Shown here: positions 34,973-41,793 of the stretch, piece by piece
Layout: each line of letters begins with the position of its first letter
Position numbering within the stretch: position 1 is the first letter of the stretch
Source of the DNA: Patescibacteria group bacterium
Lineage (GTDB): Bacteria; Patescibacteriota; Minisyncoccia; Minisyncoccales; GWA2-38-27
Reading direction: 5' to 3'
Assembly: GCA_018830125.1 (NCBI GenBank)
Contig: JAHJSY010000002.1
Coordinates: 1-51,398, forward strand
DNA: 51,398 nucleotides
Program-made: the position numbers and the translations under genes
Notes under the pieces: generated by a model
What the model saw: only the letters and a program-made list of their open reading frames with translations
The model's database searches: none
Told to the model about the DNA's origin: nothing

Positions 34973-35001
34973 ATATTAGTATAATAGCAGACGCTTGTCA
35001 A
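34973..35001 (-). promoter_or_regulatory. Minus-strand promoter TTGACA-17-TAATAT
   Basis: Reverse complement of 34996-35001 is TTGACA. Reverse complement of 34973-34978 is TAATAT. The spacer is exactly 17 nt. Confidence 0.55.
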
Positions 35002-35011
35002 GTGGAAAAAA

Positions 35012-35131
35012 TCAACGCAATCCTTCACAAGCAATTCCATCGGCGTCACGATCTAAATCGTAGACGTCGTTTTTTATTCCCCCATAACTCTCAGTAAATA
35101 GGGGACGCATCACTTTTAAACGGGATTTTAG
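35012..35131 (-). pseudogene. Remnant of an Excalibur (extracellular Ca-binding, DxDxDGxxCE) domain gene
   Basis: The open frame reads ...MRPLFTESYGGIKNDVYDLDRDADGIACEGLR*. DLDRDADGIACE matches the Excalibur signature. Only ~39 codons are open, and the N-terminal part of the domain is missing. Confidence 0.4.
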
Positions 35132-35165
35132 TCATTTTATGAAAATCACTGCTTAAGGAATGACG

Positions 35166-35250
35166 GAAGAGTTGCGTAGAGGTCCGACCTCGCCCGCTCT
35201 GGGCGGGCACCTTTAGAGGTGCGGACCTCCGACGGTGACGGTGATTTTCG
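35166..35250 (-). repeat. Divergent, inverted copy (C) of the GC-rich island repeat
   Basis: The reverse complement reads aaaatcaccg-tcaccgtcggaggtccgcacct...aggtcggacctctacgcaactcttc. The flanks match copies A/B. The central hairpin is replaced, and the GGTGTTGGACA module is absent. Confidence 0.7.
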
Positions 35251-35259
35251 ACGATGACT

Positions 35260-35295
35260 AAATACGAAGGTTGAACCTTCGTATTTTGTTTTTTG
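35260..35295 (+). terminator. Intrinsic terminator-like hairpin at the right edge of the island
   Basis: aaatacgaaggt / accttcgtattt 12-bp stem followed by tgttttttg. Confidence 0.6.
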
Positions 35296-35310
35296 GGTTC
35301 ATCTGGCATA

Positions 35311-35574
35311 ATGAAATATATGAAAAGAATATTTTATATTATAAGTTTTAGTTTTCTAGGATTGTTGTTACAGATTTTAGTTCATGCTTTGATTGAGATT
35401 TTGTATATAGGGTTACTTGTGGGGGATTATAATAAATATGCCCTAGGTTTTTCTTGGGGTCAGTTGGTATTGATTCATCACATAGGAACCGTTATCCTCG
35501 TTATACTTGGTCTTTTGTTTGGTTTTTGGCAAGGAAAATATTGGTGGAAAAGATTGTACGAAGATAAAAAGTAA
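35311..35574 (+). CDS. Small hydrophobic membrane protein (2-3 TM helices)
   Basis: IFYIISFSFLGLLLQILVHALIEILYIGLLV ... VLIHHIGTVILVILGLLFGFW. ATG 35320 is an alternative, possibly leaderless, start. Confidence 0.55.
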   Translation: MKYMKRIFYIISFSFLGLLLQILVHALIEILYIGLLVGDYNKYALGFSWGQLVLIHHIGTVILVILGLLFGFWQGKYWWKRLYEDKK

Positions 35575-35607
35575 ATAGGGTCAGACACTGACAGCGAAGC
35601 GGGAATT

Positions 35608-35629
35608 AAGGAGCCAGGCTCCTTTTTTT
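35608..35629 (+). terminator. Intrinsic terminator
   Basis: aaggag-ccagg-ctcctt followed by ttttttt. Confidence 0.65.
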
Positions 35630-35662
35630 GCTTTGAATTTTTGGTTTAATGTGATAGAATCA

Positions 35663-35671
35663 TGCTATAAT
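35663..35671 (+). promoter_or_regulatory. Extended -10 (TGcTATAAT), 8 nt upstream of ATG 35680
   Basis: tgctataat at 35663-71. This would give a leaderless or near-leaderless mRNA. Confidence 0.45.
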
Positions 35672-35679
35672 AAATATAA

Positions 35680-37797
35680 ATGAAAATATTATTACAAACA
35701 ATTGAAAAAAGATTTAAATTAATTGCTGTTTTTCTTTTAGCGTTGATTTTGATCGCTTTTTTTGATAAGGCGCTGGCGATAGGACTTATGCTTCTTATTG
35801 TCTTAACAGGTCTTACCTTCTGGATTATTAAAAAATTGGGATTAAGTCGTAAATATCTTGTGATGCTTTTGTTGATTGCTTTGGCGATTCAATTATCAGC
35901 TACTTTGTTTATACATTATGCTAATTTTCAGCCTCTTGGCATTACCGGAGATGGAGACTTTAATAGTTATCATGAAGAAGCGGTTGAAATGTCTCTTCAT
36001 TTTAAAGAAGGAAATTTTTCTATGGAAGGGTTTAAACTGTCCCATTATTATACAATTGTCATAGGAGTTGTATATACACTTACCTTGCCCGAAATGATTG
36101 TCGGTCAATTATTTGGAGTTTGGTTGTCAGTTTTAGCAATTATTTTTGTTTATTTAATAGTTATTGAATTAGGTGGTTCGGAGAAATGGGCCTTTTTCAC
36201 TGGATTAATTACTATTGCTTATCCAAGCTTTCTTTTTTATAGCAGTTTGCTTTTAAAGGATACTTTGGTTATTCCTTTTGCATTATTAACAATGCTACTA
36301 ACACTGAAGTTAATCAAAAGTTTTTCTTGGAGGAACTTTTTATTTTTTGTTGTCTCTTTAAGCATCGCGTTTCATTTTCGTTATTATATCGGCTATGCTT
36401 TGCTTTTTGCTTTTCTTTTCTCATGGTTGTTATTGGCAAGATTGTCCTCGATTAAAAGAAAAATTGTTTATTCAATTATTATAATTATTATTTTAGGGTT
36501 TTTACCAATGGTTTTAAGGGGTCATGGATTCTACGGAATAAATATCTTTAGAGATAGTTTTACTTCTAAAAACGTTAATTTTCTTCAAGAAAGAGCGTAT
36601 AATCCTTCATTTCCTGTAATACTCACAGGGCTTGCAGGGTCCGCAGAGTTGGCAGAGTTCGCAGAGCCAATAGAAATAAATGCCTCCATGCCCTTAATTA
36701 ATAATCGTTTCAGGGGGTTTGCATCTACATGGGATAAAGAAGAAGTAAATCCTCAGAGGGAACCTTTAAGGTTTTTAACAAATCAATTAAAATATTTTGG
36801 TTATGTTCTGCTAGGACCTTTTCCTTGGCAAATGAGGTATTCGCGTCATCTCTTTGCTTTGTTTGAACTAATACCCTGGTATATCTTATTATTTTTTATT
36901 TGCAGGGGAGTATGGGAATCTATCAAATCTCGTAATAAATTAATTCTTCCCTTGATTATTTTCTCTATCCTCGCCTTAGGCGTCATGGCCTTATTTTTAA
37001 ATAATTTCGGGATTATTACCAGGATTAGAATACCAATTTTTATGACCCTTTTGTGTTTAATTCCCCTGGGCTTCAAAAGCAAGGTGCCGACTCTTACGGC
37101 CGTGGCTATTGAGATTAATTCGGCTTGTAATAGGAGATGTGCTTGGTGTCCTAACCACACCAATCATAGAGAAGTTAAATTTTTAGACGAGAAAGTTTTT
37201 TTTAAAGCAATAGATGAGCTTAGAGCAATGAATTTTAGGGGAAAAATAACCTTTAATTTATATAACGAACCATTACTTGATGAGCGACTTTTAGGGTTTA
37301 TAAGCTATGTAAAGAAAAATATTCCTTTAGCAAGTCAATATTTAAATACCAATGGAGATTTATTAAATTTGGATATTTGGGAAAAGCTTAGAAAGGCCGG
37401 CTTGGATTATGCAAACATTTCCCAATACGACGGTAAAATAAATGAGAACATAGAAAAGATTTTAAAAGGTATCGATTTAAAAGAAAAAAAACATTTCCGA
37501 GCTTTTGTTTTTGATCAAGATTCAATTTGCAATAGAGGTGGTTTGCTAAAATCAAAAAGAGAAATTAAGGTGCCTCTTAAAAAATATTGCAGTCAGCCCT
37601 TTTATCAATTATGCATAGACTATAAGGGAAAAGTCGTTCTATGTTGTAACGACTACCATGGCGCCGTTGTAATGGGAGACGTGCGTAATAACTCAATAGA
37701 AGAATTATGGGGAAATGGAAAATTTAGACATTATAGAAAAGAGCTTCTAAAAAGAAACAGATCTAATTTAAAATTATGCGATGTGTGCGATTCTTGA
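35680..37797 (+). CDS. Fusion protein: polytopic GT-C-like (ArnT/PMT-like) membrane domain + C-terminal radical SAM domain with a SPASM/twitch-like Cys cluster
   Basis: About 465 aa with 10 or more TM helices and an early acidic loop (GDGDFNSYHEEA). Then IEINSACNRRCAWCPNH (Cx3Cx2C, Cys483/487/490), LYNEPLLD, LNTNGDLL, and C-terminal CSQPFYQLCIDYKGKVVLCCNDY...LCDVCDS. Confidence 0.8.
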   Translation: MKILLQTIEKRFKLIAVFLLALILIAFFDKALAIGLMLLIVLTGLTFWIIKKLGLSRKYLVMLLLIALAIQLSATLFIHYANFQPLGITGDGDFNSYHEEAVEMSLHFKEGNFSMEGFKLSHYYTIVIGVVYTLTLPEMIVGQLFGVWLSVLAIIFVYLIVIELGGSEKWAFFTGLITIAYPSFLFYSSLLLKDTLVIPFALLTMLLTLKLIKSFSWRNFLFFVVSLSIAFHFRYYIGYALLFAFLFSWLLLARLSSIKRKIVYSIIIIIILGFLPMVLRGHGFYGINIFRDSFTSKNVNFLQERAYNPSFPVILTGLAGSAELAEFAEPIEINASMPLINNRFRGFASTWDKEEVNPQREPLRFLTNQLKYFGYVLLGPFPWQMRYSRHLFALFELIPWYILLFFICRGVWESIKSRNKLILPLIIFSILALGVMALFLNNFGIITRIRIPIFMTLLCLIPLGFKSKVPTLTAVAIEINSACNRRCAWCPNHTNHREVKFLDEKVFFKAIDELRAMNFRGKITFNLYNEPLLDERLLGFISYVKKNIPLASQYLNTNGDLLNLDIWEKLRKAGLDYANISQYDGKINENIEKILKGIDLKEKKHFRAFVFDQDSICNRGGLLKSKREIKVPLKKYCSQPFYQLCIDYKGKVVLCCNDYHGAVVMGDVRNNSIEELWGNGKFRHYRKELLKRNRSNLKLCDVCDS

Positions 37798-38437
37798 AAA
37801 AATAAAAATATATATTAAGAAAAAGACCTATCTTTGGCGCCTTTTATTGTTTAAGAAACCTAAATATTTTAAATATTTATTTGTCTGGATGAAATCGTCC
37901 AAATCAAATTCGCTTAAAGATAATGTTCCATGGTTGACATTTGAATGCCAAGAATGGCTCGATTCGGTTCTTAATAAAAATATGACTGTTTTAGAATGGG
38001 GAAGTGGGGGTTCTACTGTTTACATATCTAAAAAAGTAAAAAAGATGATATCTATTGAGCACATTCCTGAATGGCATGCTTCTGTTGTTAAAGAGTTACA
38101 AAAAAATAATATTGAAAATTGTGAATATATATTGAAAAAATATGACGAGAATAAGGGGTATAAGAATTATTATGAAGCAATTGACTCTTTCCCAGACGAA
38201 ACTTTTGATTTAGTTATTATTGATGGACGTTCTCGAAATTCTTGTATTTCTTATGCAATGAGAAAAATAAAAAAAGAGGGCTTTTTACTTTTAGATAATT
38301 CGGAAAGGAAAAGGTATTCTCCCGGAATGGACTTACTTAAAAATTGGGAGAGGAAAGATATCTTGGGCGTTGGAGCATATAATGCTGAAGAATGGCAAGC
38401 AACTATTTGGAAAAAAAGGGAAAAAGAGATAGAATAA
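37781..38437 (+). CDS. Putative Rossmann-fold SAM-dependent methyltransferase-like protein
   Basis: VLEWGSGGSTVY ... FDLVIIDGRSRNSC pattern. The family is uncertain. An alternative start lies at ATG 37889. Confidence 0.45.
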   Translation: MCAILEKIKIYIKKKTYLWRLLLFKKPKYFKYLFVWMKSSKSNSLKDNVPWLTFECQEWLDSVLNKNMTVLEWGSGGSTVYISKKVKKMISIEHIPEWHASVVKELQKNNIENCEYILKKYDENKGYKNYYEAIDSFPDETFDLVIIDGRSRNSCISYAMRKIKKEGFLLLDNSERKRYSPGMDLLKNWERKDILGVGAYNAEEWQATIWKKREKEIE

Positions 38438-38445
38438 AAAATACT

Positions 38446-39264
38446 ATGAAAGCTATTATTAAACCTAAAAAGGGATTGGCCAGTTTGGATTTTAAAGAAC
38501 TGTGGTCATACAGGGAGCTTTTTTATTTTTTTGCCTGGAGAGATATTAAATTACGTTATAAACAAACTATGTTTGGCGTTACCTGGGCGATAATGAGACC
38601 CTTTATAACCATGATAGTCTTTACGGTTGTATTTGGAAAATTGGCTGCTGTTCCATCAGATAATATTCCGTATCCTATTTTCGTTTATGCCGGTCTTTTG
38701 CTATGGAATATTTTTTCAAACTCTTTAAGTCATGCCAGTCAAAGTTTAGTTGAAAATGCTAACGTTATTAGAAAGGTTTATTTGCCCAAAGTCATAATAC
38801 CAGCTGCTTCCGTAATAGTTACTCTAGTTGATTTTTTCTTTGCCGCTCTGGTTTTTATAGGAATCATTGTTTATTATGGATTTATACCTAATTTGCAAGG
38901 CTTATTGTTTTTGCCCTTATGTTTGGTTATTACTATTTTTTCTAGCTTAGGTTTGGGTTGGTTTTTTGCCGCTCTCAATGTTAGATTTCGTGATGTTCGT
39001 TATGCCCTACCTTTCTTTATTCAATTGTTAATATTTGTAACGCCAGTAATTTATCCAGCAAGTATTGTCCCAAAAGCATATCAATGGATGCTATCTTTAA
39101 ATCCTATGACGGGAGCAATAGAAACATTTAAGGCATCTTTTTTGGGAACCTCGGCTATAAATTGGGAAAGCTTAGGAATCTCAGTTGTTGTCAGCATTGT
39201 CTTTTTAATTTTCGGCTTATGGTATTTTCTTAAAACAGAAAAAAACTTTTCTGATATTATATGA
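38446..39264 (+). CDS. wzm: ABC-2 type polysaccharide exporter permease (Wzm/TagG-like)
   Basis: N-terminal ELWSYRELFYFFAWRDIKLRYKQT signature. Six TM helices. Followed by the ATPase. Confidence 0.85.
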   Translation: MKAIIKPKKGLASLDFKELWSYRELFYFFAWRDIKLRYKQTMFGVTWAIMRPFITMIVFTVVFGKLAAVPSDNIPYPIFVYAGLLLWNIFSNSLSHASQSLVENANVIRKVYLPKVIIPAASVIVTLVDFFFAALVFIGIIVYYGFIPNLQGLLFLPLCLVITIFSSLGLGWFFAALNVRFRDVRYALPFFIQLLIFVTPVIYPASIVPKAYQWMLSLNPMTGAIETFKASFLGTSAINWESLGISVVVSIVFLIFGLWYFLKTEKNFSDII

Positions 39265-40505
39265 GTATTATAAAAGTAGAAAATTTATCAAAGAAATATA
39301 CAATCCTGCATCGTAGAGACGGAGGGAGACATTATCTTACTCTTCGGGACGAATTAACCAACTTAATATTTGGCAGAAGATCGACAAAAGAAGACGTCTG
39401 GGTTTTAAAAAATATGAGTTTCCAAATTGAACCTGGGGAAATTGTAGGAATTATCGGACCAAACGGGGCTGGGAAAACAACTCTTTTAAAAGTTCTAACC
39501 AAAATTACTTCGCCAACTGAAGGAAGAGCAATTATTAATGGTCGGGTGGGTAGTTTATTAGAGGTGGGGACTGGCTTTCATCCAGAACTGACTGGCCGGG
39601 AGAATATTTATTTAAATGGGGCGATTTTGGGAATGAAAAAAAAGGAGATTGAGAAAAAATTTAATCAGATTGTGGATTTTGCTGGAATAGAAAAATTCTT
39701 AGATACTCCAGCTAAACGTTATTCCAGTGGCATGTTTGTTAGATTGGCCTTTTCAGTAGCCGCCCATTTAGAACCAGATGTTTTGTTAGTAGACGAGGTT
39801 TTAGCAGTGGGAGATGCTGAGTTTCAAAAAAAATCTTTAGGCAGAATGAAAGAAATTACTGAAAATGCTCAAAGAACTATTTTATTTGTTAGTCATAATA
39901 TGGATGCAGTTAGAAGTTTGTGTGATAGAGTTATTTTAATAGATAAAGGAAGAATAAAATATATCGGTGATGTTAAAGAGGGTATTGATAAATATCTTTC
40001 AAACCAAAAACACTCTTCAATGACTCGCAAAGAATATTCAATTAAACCGGAATCAGTTGGTCAAGTTCGTTCTATTGAACTCAAAGACCAATCAAATCAT
40101 TCTTGTAATAACTTTCAGGCCGACGAGAGGGCAATAGTAGAAGTTTGTTTTGAAGTAAGGCAAGATATAAACGGATATGAGTTTGAAATCTGCCTTTTTA
40201 AAAATAATAGTCCAATTTGGCTATCTTCGGACAGCGATTTTAATTATTTCACGTCAATAAAGAAAGAAAAAGGAATTTACAAAAAACAAATAGAATTGCC
40301 AATAAATTTATTGAAACCAGGAAATTATGCAATAGGGGCACGTATCGGTGTTCGTGATCAAGTACCGATTGACAGCCAATTTAACGATGTTTTAAATTTT
40401 AATTTAATATTATCAGATAAAAAATTACTTAATACAACCTTGCATCCTGATAGACTAGGACTCCTGGCTGTTTTAAAAGAATGGAAAGATATAAAGAACG
40501 GATAA
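39261..40505 (+). CDS. wzt: Polysaccharide ABC exporter ATPase (Wzt/TagH-like) with a ~160-aa C-terminal extension
   Basis: Walker A GPNGAGKTT, signature YSSGMFVRLAF, Walker B LLVDEVLAVGD. Residues ~250-414 are an extra beta-rich domain, as in CBM-bearing Wzt proteins. Confidence 0.9.
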   Translation: MSIIKVENLSKKYTILHRRDGGRHYLTLRDELTNLIFGRRSTKEDVWVLKNMSFQIEPGEIVGIIGPNGAGKTTLLKVLTKITSPTEGRAIINGRVGSLLEVGTGFHPELTGRENIYLNGAILGMKKKEIEKKFNQIVDFAGIEKFLDTPAKRYSSGMFVRLAFSVAAHLEPDVLLVDEVLAVGDAEFQKKSLGRMKEITENAQRTILFVSHNMDAVRSLCDRVILIDKGRIKYIGDVKEGIDKYLSNQKHSSMTRKEYSIKPESVGQVRSIELKDQSNHSCNNFQADERAIVEVCFEVRQDINGYEFEICLFKNNSPIWLSSDSDFNYFTSIKKEKGIYKKQIELPINLLKPGNYAIGARIGVRDQVPIDSQFNDVLNFNLILSDKKLLNTTLHPDRLGLLAVLKEWKDIKNG

Positions 40506-41071
40506 AAGCTACAACTAATTTATTGAAAAAAATAAATTTAGCAGAAAATGCTCGGTATCTTGATATTGGATGTCATTCAGGGAAAATGACAGTTACAAAC
40601 GCTAAAGAGATGAATATTGATCTGGTTAATACATATGGAGTAGATTGGAACAAAGAAGCTCTTGAGCAGGCAAGTGGGTCATTCAAGGTAGCTAATATAG
40701 ACATTGAAAAAGAGCGTCTTCCATACCCTGATAATTATTTTGATGTGGTTACCGTTAGCGAAGTTTTTGAACATCTTAGAGATATTAATTTTGTATTAGA
40801 TGAAATACACCGCGTATTAAAAACAAACGGCTTTCTTTTTATATCTATGCCCAATCTGGCAGCTTTGCATAATCGTATTTTGCTTCTTTTTGGTCGTCAG
40901 CCAAGGTGTATAAGTTTATCTGTCGGATCTCATTTTAGGGGCTTTACTTTTCCGGCGTGGAAGAAATTACTATCTACTAAAGAATTTCAAGTTATTAAAA
41001 AAGGGGGAGCGGGTCTTTACCCAATTTCTTCTTTTGCGATTTGGACGCTTATCCTCGCAATAAAAAAATGA
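40481..41071 (+). CDS. Class I SAM-dependent methyltransferase (type 11)
   Basis: YLDIGCHSG and FDVVTVSEVFEHL. Confidence 0.8.
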   Translation: MERYKERIKATTNLLKKINLAENARYLDIGCHSGKMTVTNAKEMNIDLVNTYGVDWNKEALEQASGSFKVANIDIEKERLPYPDNYFDVVTVSEVFEHLRDINFVLDEIHRVLKTNGFLFISMPNLAALHNRILLLFGRQPRCISLSVGSHFRGFTFPAWKKLLSTKEFQVIKKGGAGLYPISSFAIWTLILAIKK

Positions 41072-41790
41072 TTATAGAAATAGGCAAAAAACTTCTTAAT
41101 AAAAAATGTTTTAGTAAGCTAAGATATATGTTGACTTTTAGTGCAGAAATTAGTAACGACTTTATAACTAAAACAGCAAGAAGCGAAATAGGGGCTGGCA
41201 GTAAGATTTTAGACGCTGGAGCTGGTCATAATAGATTTAAAAAATATTTTCCAGATTGCCTGTATAAGACACAAGATTTTAAGCAATATGGTGAGATTGA
41301 CTATGTTTGTGATATTATAAATATACCAGTTGAGGCAAGTAGTTTTGACGTAATAATTTGCACTGAGGTATTTGAACATATTCCAAGACCAGATTTAGCT
41401 CTTAAGGAGTTTTTTAGAATACTTAAACCTAACGGGAAGCTGTATATTACCGCTCCCTTAAATTCGGTAATTCATCAGGCGCCTTATCATTATTATGGTG
41501 GTTTTTCTAAATTTTGGTATTCAAGATATTTAAATAAATATGGTTTTAAAGAAATTGATATTAAGAAGAAGAAGGGATTTTTTGCTTTTTACAGTTATGA
41601 AACTTTTAGAGCATTACTTTTCTTGATAAAATCTAAAAAATGGAGACATAAGATATTAATCCCACTCACGGTTCCTTTGATTTTTATTTTGCCTCCTTTG
41701 CTATTTGGTTTAGACAAACATAATTTAGATACCTATAAATTGGATACTGAATGTACGGCGGGTTATATAGTAAAAGCAATAAAAAAATAA
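41068..41790 (+). CDS. Class I SAM-dependent methyltransferase with a C-terminal hydrophobic tail
   Basis: ILDAGAGHN and FDVIICTEVFEHI. ATGA overlap at 41068. Confidence 0.8.
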   Translation: MIIEIGKKLLNKKCFSKLRYMLTFSAEISNDFITKTARSEIGAGSKILDAGAGHNRFKKYFPDCLYKTQDFKQYGEIDYVCDIINIPVEASSFDVIICTEVFEHIPRPDLALKEFFRILKPNGKLYITAPLNSVIHQAPYHYYGGFSKFWYSRYLNKYGFKEIDIKKKKGFFAFYSYETFRALLFLIKSKKWRHKILIPLTVPLIFILPPLLFGLDKHNLDTYKLDTECTAGYIVKAIKK

Positions 41791-41793
41791 AAG

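Noticed and set aside
30710-35300. CRISPR array, retron or DGR as an explanation for the repeated GC-rich sequences.
   Set aside because: - There are no short regularly spaced direct repeats with unique spacers.
- There is no reverse transcriptase or cas gene in the window.
- The repeats are 160 nt, irregularly spaced, and flank expressed-looking ORFs.
32616-37797. RiPP hypothesis: the Cys-rich small ORFs as precursor peptides for the nearby radical SAM/SPASM enzyme.
   Set aside because: - The Cys residues come in CxxC/CxxH pairs typical of structural zinc sites.
- The ORFs are 64-116 aa, without a leader/core organisation.
- Each is separately transcribed and separated from the rSAM gene by a toxin cassette, repeats and terminators.
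- The rSAM is fused to a glycan-type membrane domain inside a glycan operon.

The idea remains testable, for example by searching for a RiPP recognition element, but the sequence does not support it.
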